DNA of 64,000 bases from a bacterium (GCA_023267595.1 JAHFNB010000003.1:2165-66164), one strand, 5' to 3'. Numbered from the stretch's first letter, positions 29,274-37,772 are shown. Numbers and translations: made by a program. Notes: generated by a model not told the origin, from the sequence alone.

Positions 29274-29528
29274 CTATGATAGGTGTGCTGAAACGAGTTT
29301 TGTCATCTCAAACATGTTCACTGTTTTCTTACCACCGAATACCTTCTTGAGATTCTCATCTGCATTGATATTACGCTTATTAGTAGGATCTTGAAGATCA
29401 TTTTTCTTGATGTAAACCCAAAGTTGCTTTACGACTTCTGCGCGAGCCATAGGACCCTTACCGACAACTGCAGCCAATTCTGGACTGATTGTCATTGGTT
29501 TCATAAATGCTGAATTTGCTTTTGGCAT
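29274..29528 (-). CDS. Stand-alone SWIB/MDM2 domain protein
   Basis: SPELAAVVG..RAEVVKQLWVYIKKNDLQDP.NKR.I.AD..L..VF..MFEM..VSAHL. Confidence 0.9.
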   Translation of the reverse strand: MPKANSAFMKPMTISPELAAVVGKGPMARAEVVKQLWVYIKKNDLQDPTNKRNINADENLKKVFGGKKTVNMFEMTKLVSAHLS

Positions 29529-29615
29529 ATTTAAAATAATTTATTTGGTATAGAGACAGTATAGCGCCCTAAGGGGAAATAGGGAAGGATGCTAAGAATA
29601 GGTGGGGATAGAACG

Positions 29616-29640
29616 AAATCCCCATGACTAGTGGGGATTT
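29616..29640. terminator. Hairpin terminator
   Basis: AAATCCCCA-tgactag-TGGGGATTT. Confidence 0.65.
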
Positions 29641-29651
29641 AACAAAAGGGT

Positions 29652-30119
29652 TTATTTTTTGATGAATTTACCATTTTCTATCAAAATAAAACCATCTTCT
29701 TTTGAAACAAATATTCGATTTCTTATGGTAATGGAGAGTAGTTCGCCAAGTGGACTTTCTTTACTGGTAACTTGTAAAGAGTTACTTAGTCTTTTTACGA
29801 TAACTTGACGGTTACCTTTTCGTAAATCATCTTGATTCACTTGAAATTTTTGTTCAGGGGATGTAAAAATGAGATAGCGTATAATCATCCCCATAAAGTA
29901 AAATATCTCATCTGTATACGTCGAGAGTCCACGGTACTCCTTATCAGGAGGACATAAGGTAAACTCTATGGTTGTAGAAGTTCCAGCCGAGAAAAAATCA
30001 TGTTTTTGTAACTCGAGGATAACACGGTTAGGGATTTCAATGGTCCCACCCCTTTTTGCTACTTCAGAGGCAATACTAAGCCAAAGATATCGTGCTTGTT
30101 TAGATGTGTGGGTAGCCAT
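29652..30119 (-). CDS. Orphan hypothetical protein
   Basis: 155 aa; AAGGA SD; own TTGACA promoter and terminator. Confidence 0.6.
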   Translation of the reverse strand: MATHTSKQARYLWLSIASEVAKRGGTIEIPNRVILELQKHDFFSAGTSTTIEFTLCPPDKEYRGLSTYTDEIFYFMGMIIRYLIFTSPEQKFQVNQDDLRKGNRQVIVKRLSNSLQVTSKESPLGELLSITIRNRIFVSKEDGFILIENGKFIKK

Positions 30120-30168
30120 GAGTGGGCTTTCCTTCTATCTGTTAATGGTGAAGAACTTAGTTAACTAT

Positions 30169-30197
30169 AATATACTATATATATTATACCTTGTCAA
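30169..30197 (-). promoter_or_regulatory. Sigma70-type promoter TTGACA-17-TATATT
   Basis: Near-consensus hexamers with a 17-nt spacer. Confidence 0.65.
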
Positions 30198-30271
30198 GAT
30201 ATATGAATATTTTTATATACTTTATTGTCTTTATAATATTGAAATAAAAGGAAAATACACAATGATTGGGA

Positions 30272-30487
30272 CTATTTTAAAAAATGACTAATAATAAGTG
30301 AAATAATCAAAGAAATTATACAAATAATCAAAAATCCAACCATATATACAAAAGCAACCGTAGTTCCTGTAACAGCAAGACCAATATGAGATGTGTTATT
30401 TATTTTATAGAAAAAGTAACCAATAATACCTATTAAACCAAGTAAAGCAAAAATTGAATGATACAGGATGATTTTTGATTTCTTCAT
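30272..30487 (-). CDS. Small two-TM membrane protein
   Basis: MKKSKIILYHS...; hydrophobic. Confidence 0.55.
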   Translation of the reverse strand: MKKSKIILYHSIFALLGLIGIIGYFFYKINNTSHIGLAVTGTTVAFVYMVGFLIICIISLIISLIISHFLK

Positions 30488-30498
30488 ACTATAAAACT

Positions 30499-30798
30499 TT
30501 ACACTGTATATAGCATTACACCTAGAAAAACTAATACGAAGCAAGCAAAGAATCCAATAGTTTTTAAAAAGAATGTGAGTGCCTCTTGTTTATGTCCATC
30601 AACATATAAACGAAGAGGTTGGTAAAAGAATAAGAATCCCATCACTGCAACAGAAAGCACCAATAAACTAAGCATAAACATCGGGATAAATACTGTCTCT
30701 TTTTCTTCTCCTAATGTTGAAAATGTAGTGATAAGTGAAACAACTAACACTATGTACACTGAGGCTGCTAGTGAATGTATAAATGGATTTATTTTCAT
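30499..30798 (-). CDS. Small three-TM membrane protein
   Basis: LSLLVLSVAVMGFLFFYQP..G.K.EA..FF..T. Confidence 0.65.
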   Translation of the reverse strand: MKINPFIHSLAASVYIVLVVSLITTFSTLGEEKETVFIPMFMLSLLVLSVAVMGFLFFYQPLRLYVDGHKQEALTFFLKTIGFFACFVLVFLGVMLYTV

Positions 30799-30826
30799 GA
30801 ATCTAGTATAACAGAATTGAGACCTT

Positions 30827-31087
30827 TTACCTTAAATAAAAATAGAAACTAGTGGCTATTAGTATCTGAATGAAAATTACGAGTAAAAAACCTTTGAGAC
30901 TTGTAATTGATGAAGATTTAAATGAGTAGACCATCAAAGAAAGAAGATATACGATCATCGCCATTCCTATAACTACGAGGAGATTTGGGCCTTCAGGATC
31001 GTTAAAAAACATAAACATTACCCTAGAACATGTTATAGATGTTATACCTAAGATAAATAAGAATATCTTTTTTGATTTGGAAGACAT
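30827..31087 (-). CDS. Small three-TM membrane protein
   Basis: CSR.MF.FFNDPEGPNLLVV motif between TMs. Confidence 0.65.
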   Translation of the reverse strand: MSSKSKKIFLFILGITSITCSRVMFMFFNDPEGPNLLVVIGMAMIVYLLSLMVYSFKSSSITSLKGFLLVIFIQILIATSFYFYLR

Positions 31088-31099
31088 GGTTCTAATGTT

Positions 31100-31243
31100 C
31101 TAGTTATCACAAGGGGAACTTATGTAATTACCTTGTTGACATATTATTATTTTGAAAACAGATAACTTCATATTGATAAAAAATAGACTTGTCATTATTA
31201 CAAAAACCATAAGTAATAAAAGATGTCGTTCATTTTGAGTCAT
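31100..31243 (-). CDS. Small single-TM protein (47 aa)
   Basis: TATACT 7 nt upstream of the ATG at 31243; hydrophobic core. Confidence 0.45.
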   Translation of the reverse strand: MTQNERHLLLLMVFVIMTSLFFINMKLSVFKIIICQQGNYISSPCDN

Positions 31244-31268
31244 GTGTGAAGTATAACAGACTATAATC

Positions 31269-31303
31269 TTTTCTTTGCTGGGGTTGTGGGACGAAGTTGG
31301 AAC
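31269..31303. repeat. att-like direct repeat, copy 1; shares 16 bp with the tRNA-Gln 3' end and trailer
   Basis: TTTTCTTTGCTGGGGT is identical to 32891-32906; 31274-31303 matches 31793-31822 at 28/30. Confidence 0.8.
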
Positions 31304-31377
31304 TTTTTTAATACAATAAGTTGACACAAATATATAGATACTGTATTGTATTTTTAATCGAACTTTAAGGAGATCAC

Positions 31378-31734
31378 GTGTCCGACTGGCATATTACACC
31401 GAGGATTAAGGTCCGAGCCCATGCTCAATATTTGGACTTGCTTTCACACACGGTAAGCCGATGCGGAAAAGAGTTTTCTGAAAATAGAGTAGTATGTCCG
31501 AAAGGGCTCTATCGGAATGGGTATAGTAATCGTGCACTCAACTACTGTCTTGATATTGGTTTTTTGGTTCAGAGTGAAAACTCTTCCATGTGTTCGGTAA
31601 CAGTCGAAGGCGAAAGAGCACTTGAAGACTTAAAACAATACAGAATCAAAAGACAAATTGAGATCCTTCAAAAGAAAAAGAAGAAAATAGAGGATCAGAT
31701 TGCAACACTGCAAAAGGCCTACCGCCAAGCATAA
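31378..31734 (+). CDS. Orphan protein, possibly a winged helix plus coiled coil
   Basis: TTGACA-17-TATTGT promoter at 31321, AAGGAG SD, GTG start and terminator at 31733-31764; 'L..GFL..VTVEGERAL' pattern. Confidence 0.6.
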   Translation: MSDWHITPRIKVRAHAQYLDLLSHTVSRCGKEFSENRVVCPKGLYRNGYSNRALNYCLDIGFLVQSENSSMCSVTVEGERALEDLKQYRIKRQIEILQKKKKKIEDQIATLQKAYRQA

Positions 31735-31792
31735 ACAAAATCGCTTCGGCGGTTTTGTTTTTTTTCTAACATAAAAATTTCTGCAAAATTAT

Positions 31793-31822
31793 TTTGCTGG
31801 GGCTGTGGGACGAAGTTGGGAC
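31793..31822. repeat. att-like direct repeat, copy 2
   Basis: TTTGCTGGGGCTGTGGGACGAAGTTGGGAC. Confidence 0.8.
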
Positions 31823-31833
31823 AAAATTAATTT

Positions 31834-32718
31834 CTAGTTAAAGCATTTTTCAATCAGCTCATCACAATTATCATAGATTTTAATTTCTACAGCTGGTATA
31901 CCGAACTTCTTATTTAAAAAGTCTATAATATAATCTTTTTTGTCTTTATTTTTAATCGTCACATGAATTTCTGATATAGAATATGGTGTAAACTCAATAT
32001 TATCTAAATTTATTTGTAGCCCATTACCTAGCCCTAAGATATATAATTTTTTAGTTCCATACATTTTTAACACATGTTTTTCACTTTCATGACAAGATAT
32101 TGCATCTATTACATCTTGTAGCTCACTCTTTTTTGTCTTTAAATGCCTATACAAACGATTAGCACTCTGTGATTCTTGTTCTGAATAAAAATTACCATGT
32201 GGATAGAAAGTTTGTACATAAGCCGAGAGGTTGGCTATTCTTGACCTATAGTCAACCTTTCTTTCTTTTTCTGTTAAATATTCAAAAAGAAGAATATTTT
32301 TGTCTAAAACATTATCATAGTTATAATTTATAAAAGCTATTTTATTTTCTAGATTATTACTATCTAAAATTTTTTGATTTAATTTATTTATCCAACCATC
32401 CTCATTTTCTTTATAGAGTTCTGTAAAAATTATTTTCATTATCAAAAAAATATAATTTTCAATTGTTAGACCGTTGGAACGATAATTCCTTGATCTTGAC
32501 TCTTTTGTAATACATTCGTCTATTGTATTATACTCTTTGCCATCTCCTACTTTTCTAAGCCAAGAAAGAATCTCTTCTTTATATTTTAAAGCTTTATCTT
32601 CCATAAACTTTTTTTCGATTAAGATAACAAGTTTATCCCAAGTAGGTAGTCCATAATCTACAGAGGCACCAGCACCAAGAATTAAAAGATGTTCTACTCG
32701 GCTACTAAGTTCTTTCAT
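31834..32718 (-). CDS. SIR2-like domain protein, candidate anti-phage NADase
   Basis: LLILGAGASVDYGLPTW, FINYNYDNVL, YPHG and LYILGLG motifs; very AT-rich. Confidence 0.75.
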   Translation of the reverse strand: MKELSSRVEHLLILGAGASVDYGLPTWDKLVILIEKKFMEDKALKYKEEILSWLRKVGDGKEYNTIDECITKESRSRNYRSNGLTIENYIFLIMKIIFTELYKENEDGWINKLNQKILDSNNLENKIAFINYNYDNVLDKNILLFEYLTEKERKVDYRSRIANLSAYVQTFYPHGNFYSEQESQSANRLYRHLKTKKSELQDVIDAISCHESEKHVLKMYGTKKLYILGLGNGLQINLDNIEFTPYSISEIHVTIKNKDKKDYIIDFLNKKFGIPAVEIKIYDNCDELIEKCFN

Positions 32719-32768
32719 TTGATTTTAATTTATTTAGTTTATTAAAACTAGTTGTTGATTTAATAGTA

Positions 32769-32899
32769 TACAAGGATTCGGTCACAAAACTCCCTCGCTT
32801 TGCTCGAAGTACTTTCGCGACCCCGTATTCGAGTCCTTACGTACGTGAAGCAGTTCACGTACTGTACCCCGAAAAGAAATAAGCTTTGCTTTTTCTTTG
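32769..32899. repeat. Multi-hairpin element containing direct and inverted copies of the tRNA-Gln 3' end
   Basis: TACAAGGATTCG at 32769; TTCGAGTCCTT (32828) + hairpin + TGTACCCC (32863). Confidence 0.75.
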
Positions 32900-32970
32900 C
32901 TGGGGTACAAGGACTCGAACCTCGATACTCAGGACCAAAACCTGATGTCCTACCATTAGACGATACCCCA
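32900..32970 (-). tRNA. tRNA-Gln(UUG), CCA not encoded
   Basis: TGGGGTATCGTCTAATGGTAGGACATCAGGTTTTGGTCCTGAGTATCGAGGTTCGAGTCCTTGTACCCCAG; U1-A72 pair and anticodon TTG. Confidence 0.95.
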
Positions 32971-33017
32971 ATATTATCAAACTATTTTACACTACTCATT
33001 ATTTATTGTCCTGAGTG

Positions 33018-33086
33018 TCAGGACCACTGTATTTTACCGCTTCGTAAACTCCGCTTGCTGATGTCCTACCATTAGACGATACCCCA
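33018..33086 (-). pseudogene. Duplicated 5' half of tRNA-Gln with a 31-nt insert in the anticodon arm
   Basis: 33058-33086 is identical to 32942-32970 and 33018-33026 to 32929-32937; there is no T-arm. Confidence 0.8.
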
Positions 33087-33092
33087 AATAAA

Positions 33093-33158
33093 CAGACGTT
33101 AGATTTTAGACAATAGACTATAGATTTTCCTCTAATGTCTAGTGCTTAATGTCTAATA
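33093..33158. repeat. Inverted arrays of degenerate 7-mers (TAGAnnn x5 / TCTAnnn x4)
   Basis: cagacgt tagattt tagacaa tagacta tagattt tcc tctaatg tctagtg cttaatg tctaata. Confidence 0.7.
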
Positions 33159-33258
33159 ACTGTGCAAAATATTCTACCATGAAAAGATTGCTTGCGCGAG
33201 AGTAATGTATATGAGTATACTCATCTCATTACCTATTTAATTTCTCAAAAATTATTTT

Positions 33259-33498
33259 ATGAAAGGCTTTACACCAGAACATACTTCTACAGAAAATCTT
33301 TCAAAACCTCCTACTACAGAACTTTCTAGTGATTTAACAGGGAAATTACACTTTGCAGAAGAACGTTACAAAACGATGGAACCAGTAAGTGGAAAATTGG
33401 CCTCAATACTTGCTCATGCTGCAATAGTTGCTGCTAATGATGAGCATTTTGAAAGAAAGGAAAATACAAATAGTGATACATACCAGATGATTGGATAA
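33259..33498 (+). CDS. Hypothetical protein
   Basis: 79-aa ORF only. Confidence 0.45.
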   Translation: MKGFTPEHTSTENLSKPPTTELSSDLTGKLHFAEERYKTMEPVSGKLASILAHAAIVAANDEHFERKENTNSDTYQMIG

Positions 33499-33571
33499 AT
33501 ATTGACAAAATCATTTCTTTATGAGAGAGTAAGGACACGATTACCCTTTATTTAAAAGGGAAAACGCATCT

Positions 33572-33862
33572 ATGGCTATCATTTTAAATCTTAAAAAAAT
33601 ACTCGAACAATCTGAACTTTCTGCAGAAGAAGTTCGGGCATTTGAAATAGGTCTTGCATACCTTACAAAAGATCAACAAGAAACATTTGTGACTTTACTT
33701 GCCAATGATCCAGAACTCATCTACCCACTATATATAAACTTTAAGGCAAAACTTCGCGCCGCACGTGGAACAAAACAAGAGTGGGAAGAAGCAGTAGAAA
33801 CTGAAATTGTTCAACTCGAAGACTACCTTGCAAAGAAACGAGTAGGGGATGAGATAAAGTAA
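33572..33862 (+). CDS. Small helical hypothetical protein
   Basis: 96 aa; TTGACA upstream and a strong terminator downstream. Confidence 0.65.
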   Translation: MAIILNLKKILEQSELSAEEVRAFEIGLAYLTKDQQETFVTLLANDPELIYPLYINFKAKLRAARGTKQEWEEAVETEIVQLEDYLAKKRVGDEIK

Positions 33863-33864
33863 TA

Positions 33865-33962
33865 AGTTAGAAGTTAAATGCTAGATACTTAAAGAAATCT
33901 GATGCCTACGGCATCAGATTTCTTTTTATATTTTTCTAGCATTAAGCATCGAGCCTCTAACT
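33865..33962. terminator. 16-bp perfect hairpin terminator nested in inverted heptamer arrays
   Basis: AAAGAAATCTGATGCC-tac-GGCATCAGATTTCTTT (33891-33925), flanked by ttagaag ttaaatg ctagata / tctagca ttaagca tcgagcc tctaact. Confidence 0.75.
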
Positions 33963-33991
33963 CTAGGTTCTCTCTGATATACTTATCTCTA

Positions 33992-34531
33992 ATGAAACAT
34001 CTAGTGTCTAGTCTGCAACTTATTTTTATACGCAAAGATAGTCGTTTTGTTATTATCACCACCACAGTTCTTTTTTTGTTGTTGCTTTTACTTGTACAAA
34101 ATGGAAGTGCGGCTCAGAATATCTTAGGGTTTGAAGTTCTGCCACCATTTAAACGGTTCACTCTTGCACTTGCAACATTCTTTGATATACAAAACACATT
34201 CACCATATCCTCTCTTATTCTTGCAACATTAGGATCATTACTTGGTGGTATTAATATTTCACTTGCCTATACCTATATACGTATGCGTGGTGAAATTGTT
34301 GTAAAAAGTGGACTCTATAGTGGTGTAGGGTTATTTTTTGCATTCTTAGGTATTGGATGTGCAGCATGTGGAACGGCATTACTCAGTGTTGTATTAAGTT
34401 TTTTTGGCTTTTCCACTATGCTTTCCTTACTACCATATCAAGGAGAAGAAATAGGATATATCGGTCTTATATTTTTATGTATAGCAACGTATACACTTGC
34501 ACAAAAAGTTGCATTACCAAACGTGTGTTAA
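33992..34531 (+). CDS. Membrane protein with a GCxxCG motif
   Basis: LGIGCAACG within the TM region; TGaTATACT 8 nt before the ATG at 33992. Confidence 0.65.
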   Translation: MKHLVSSLQLIFIRKDSRFVIITTTVLFLLLLLLVQNGSAAQNILGFEVLPPFKRFTLALATFFDIQNTFTISSLILATLGSLLGGINISLAYTYIRMRGEIVVKSGLYSGVGLFFAFLGIGCAACGTALLSVVLSFFGFSTMLSLLPYQGEEIGYIGLIFLCIATYTLAQKVALPNVC

Positions 34532-34540
34532 ACTTTTTAT

Positions 34541-35110
34541 ATGAAAGCACTTGCTGAATGGTATAAAAAAGTAGGATTACTCGGAGTAATTGCTATCCTT
34601 ATCGTTGTTACCTCAGCAGTCTATGAAGGTCAATATCAAAAACTCTACGATATTGGCATTCCAACAGAAATTAAAAATACTCTTGGTACATATTACACTG
34701 TTACAAAAGTTGTAGATGGAGATACACTTCATATTGATATCAATGGAAAAGATGAGAAAGTACGTCTCATAGGTATAAACACTCCCGAAACAGTAGATCC
34801 TCGTACTCCTGTACAATGTTTTGGTAAAGAAGCATCTGCTCGTATGAAAGAATTAAGCCAAGGAAAACTTGTACGTATTGAGTATGATGAATCACAAAAT
34901 ACACGTGATGTATATGGACGAATTCTTGCATATGTATACTTGGAAGATGGTCAAATGCTTAATCGTAAAATGATAGCCGAAGGATATGCATATGAATACA
35001 CATATTTAACACCATATAAATATCAAAAAGAATTCAGAGAACTACAGACGTTGGCTCGTACATCTCTTCGAGGGCTATGGTCAACAGATACATGTAGTGG
35101 AAGTAAATAA
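34541..35110 (+). CDS. Thermonuclease (SNase-like), membrane anchored
   Basis: VVDGDT, VRLIGINTPE, DVYGRILAYVY, EGYA and RGLW motifs. Confidence 0.92.
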   Translation: MKALAEWYKKVGLLGVIAILIVVTSAVYEGQYQKLYDIGIPTEIKNTLGTYYTVTKVVDGDTLHIDINGKDEKVRLIGINTPETVDPRTPVQCFGKEASARMKELSQGKLVRIEYDESQNTRDVYGRILAYVYLEDGQMLNRKMIAEGYAYEYTYLTPYKYQKEFRELQTLARTSLRGLWSTDTCSGSK

Positions 35111-35122
35111 TCAAGAACTATC

Positions 35123-35833
35123 ATGGAAACAATGCTCAATCTTTTAAAGTTTCTCTTACGAGTCTCTATCGCACTCATGGTTTTATGGGTTATCTTATGG
35201 CTTGTAGGTATGTTTATACCATCATACAAGTTTCGTAATATTTTTTCTTCTACCACACATGGTGGGCAAGGGTGGTTACCTGCACCTGGAGCATGGGCAA
35301 CTTTATCAAAACCAAAAACACCAAATGGAACAGATACTCTTTATAGAGGCGGTATATATGGTACTGTAGATACCCCTTCATATACCATGAACAATGGTAT
35401 TCCTGTTGAGTTTATTTCCTATACACAATCTGGTACACAAATGAAAACCACTATAAATACCAGTAATATTTATGACCAAAGTTTTAATGGTATAGCATCA
35501 TCATACACAGAAAAATCTCTTTACATTCGTAATCTTTCTATATATGAAGGTGGACATGTGTATACGGGTCTTTCATTTACAGGAGAAGCACGAGACACCA
35601 TGTTTAATAATGGAAAGTTTCCAATTATTATTGCAGATCAAACAGGGAAAGTAGTAGGGATTGCGATTGCAGAAGCAACAACTAACTGGTCAATACCAGG
35701 ATGGGTACGTTTTCAAGTAAAAATAAATGGAGTACTTCCTGATAAAATCCCATGTACTATGGTGTTTCAGTCATCTGTGACATATCAAGGGAAACAACCA
35801 GTACGTATTTCTATTCCTATCGTGTGTAATTAA
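35123..35833 (+). CDS. Membrane-anchored protein with a C-terminal Gmad2-like Ig domain
   Basis: GEARDTMF..KFPIII.D..A.ATTNW..V.F. Confidence 0.55.
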   Translation: METMLNLLKFLLRVSIALMVLWVILWLVGMFIPSYKFRNIFSSTTHGGQGWLPAPGAWATLSKPKTPNGTDTLYRGGIYGTVDTPSYTMNNGIPVEFISYTQSGTQMKTTINTSNIYDQSFNGIASSYTEKSLYIRNLSIYEGGHVYTGLSFTGEARDTMFNNGKFPIIIADQTGKVVGIAIAEATTNWSIPGWVRFQVKINGVLPDKIPCTMVFQSSVTYQGKQPVRISIPIVCN

Positions 35834-35881
35834 AAGAAAAAAGAATCGTCTTTGCAAATTGAGTGCATTACGATTCTTTAA

Positions 35882-36196
35882 TCAAAACAAATCTTTTTGT
35901 ATAAATTCACCAGTTGGTTTTCCTAACCCATCTAGAACTTGGATTACCTCTGGAGGTTCTTTTTCACGTTCGCCACTACCTTTACTTTTTCCATCCAATA
36001 AAGGCTTGGTTGGTTTTATAATTGGTGCATTTTCAATAGATGCACGTGCTTGCGTGACAGAATGAGGCTCCACATTAATTTTTACATTTCCTGAAGCAAG
36101 TGCTCTTGCTTTGAGACGTTCGGCATATTGAAGTAAGGTCTCATCGGGATGCTTTTCCATTTTGTTTCCTTTCGGAACATTTTCTGGTCTATACAT
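35882..36196 (-). CDS. Hypothetical protein
   Basis: 104-aa hydrophilic ORF. Confidence 0.5.
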   Translation of the reverse strand: MYRPENVPKGNKMEKHPDETLLQYAERLKARALASGNVKINVEPHSVTQARASIENAPIIKPTKPLLDGKSKGSGEREKEPPEVIQVLDGLGKPTGEFIQKDLF

Positions 36197-36229
36197 ATTC
36201 TGAAATCTTTTTATATAATAGTCAAGTAT

Positions 36230-36682
36230 TTATACAACGAGTCTATCAATAACTTGTTTTACAAGTGTTCCATCTGCATTGCCACCAAACTCTTTCATCA
36301 TCATTCCCACAAATTTTCCCTTCATGTCTCCAGTAATAGGAGATTCTGCAAGTTTTTCTTTTACTTTTATTTCTATATCTGCTTCTGACATTTGTGCAGG
36401 AAGAAATTCTTCAATAATAGCAAGTTCTTCTTTCTCATCTTCTGCTAATTCTGGACGACCACCTGCAATAAATTGATCTATAGAATCTTTACGTTGCTTT
36501 GCAAGACGTTTGATAACTTTCATACAATCTTCATCTGATAATGGATCAGTAGGAGGGCGACCTTGGGTAACTAATTCATTAGTAAATGCTGCAACAAGCA
36601 TACGAAGTGTACCTAATCGTACAGTATCTTTCGCAAGCATTGCAGGCTTAATTGCGGCTTTAATTGTTTCTTGCATAATCAT
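36230..36682 (-). CDS. GatB/YqeY domain protein
   Basis: AMLAKD..RL..LRM, KQRKDSI.QF..GGR.ELA, FLPAQMSE and GNADG motifs. Confidence 0.9.
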   Translation of the reverse strand: MIMQETIKAAIKPAMLAKDTVRLGTLRMLVAAFTNELVTQGRPPTDPLSDEDCMKVIKRLAKQRKDSIDQFIAGGRPELAEDEKEELAIIEEFLPAQMSEADIEIKVKEKLAESPITGDMKGKFVGMMMKEFGGNADGTLVKQVIDRLVV

Positions 36683-36722
36683 AAAAGTATAGCATATTTG
36701 AAAATGTTATACTGGACAGGAT

Positions 36723-37772
36723 ATGTCAGATTCAATTCTTCTTATTGTTGGTGTTGTTATCGTGATTCTTCTCCTTGTTATTATTGTACGAAAACCAAAA
36801 GTTGAAACACAAGAAGACCAAAGTTTTCTTATACTCCAAGATCAACTGGAACGTCTCACACGCACAATGGATGAACGACTTCGTACGTCTCAAACTGATC
36901 TTCATCAAGTACTACGCCATCAAGACAGTGAAGCAAAAAAGTTAATCACTGATATTACACGTGAATTAACAGAAGTAAAAGAATCAAATAAACAAGTTTT
37001 CTCTATTACTGAACAATTACAAAATCTCGAAAAGGTGCTCAAACATCAGAAACAACGAGGAAACCTTGGTGAAGCATCACTTGAACTCATCTTGGCCAAT
37101 ATTTTGCCACCAGGAGCCTATAAAACGCAATATCAGTTCAAGAATGGTGAGACTGTGGATGCTATCATTCAAACTAAGGAAGGAATCATCCCCGTGGATG
37201 CAAAGTTTTCACTAGATAACTATACACGCATTATCAATGAAAAAGATGATGAGAGACGTAATGATTTGGAAAAAGATTTTCGTAATGATTTGAAATTACG
37301 TATTGATGAAACTAGTAAATACATTCGTGAAAATGAAGGTACTCTCCCTTTTGCTTTTATGTTTATCCCTGCAGAAGGTATTTATTATGATTTACTCATT
37401 AATGAAATTGGTGCTGTAAAAGTAAATACTCGAAGTCTCATTGATTATGCATATAAAGATAAGAAAGTGATTATTGTTTCTCCTACAACATTTTATGCGT
37501 ATCTTCAATCAGTGCTTTATGGATTTAAAGCCTTTAAGATAGAAGAAAGTGCAAAAGGTATTCAAAAAAGAGTAGAAGACTTAGGAAAACATTTAACTGC
37601 ATATGAAGACTATATGCGAAAATTAGGAAGCACACTTGGAACTACGGTGAATCATTACAATACTGCATATAAAGAACTTAAAAAAGTAGACAAGGATGTT
37701 ATGCGTATAACAGGAGAAGAGGTAGGTATTGAAACAGTCATGATAGATAAACCAAGTATTGATGAGGAATAG
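36723..37772 (+). CDS. rmuC: DNA recombination protein RmuC
   Basis: RGNLGEASL, IPVDAKF, FAFMFIPAEGIY and IVSPTT motifs. Confidence 0.9.
   Translation: MSDSILLIVGVVIVILLLVIIVRKPKVETQEDQSFLILQDQLERLTRTMDERLRTSQTDLHQVLRHQDSEAKKLITDITRELTEVKESNKQVFSITEQLQNLEKVLKHQKQRGNLGEASLELILANILPPGAYKTQYQFKNGETVDAIIQTKEGIIPVDAKFSLDNYTRIINEKDDERRNDLEKDFRNDLKLRIDETSKYIRENEGTLPFAFMFIPAEGIYYDLLINEIGAVKVNTRSLIDYAYKDKKVIIVSPTTFYAYLQSVLYGFKAFKIEESAKGIQKRVEDLGKHLTAYEDYMRKLGSTLGTTVNHYNTAYKELKKVDKDVMRITGEEVGIETVMIDKPSIDEE

Noticed and set aside
32800-33075. 91-aa ORF (AGVQGLEPRYSGPKPDVLPLDDTP)
   Set aside because: It is the typical antisense translation of a tRNA gene.
33018-33086. Intron-containing functional second tRNA-Gln
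   Set aside because: No T-arm or acceptor 3' strand follows, and the insert is far too short for a group I intron.
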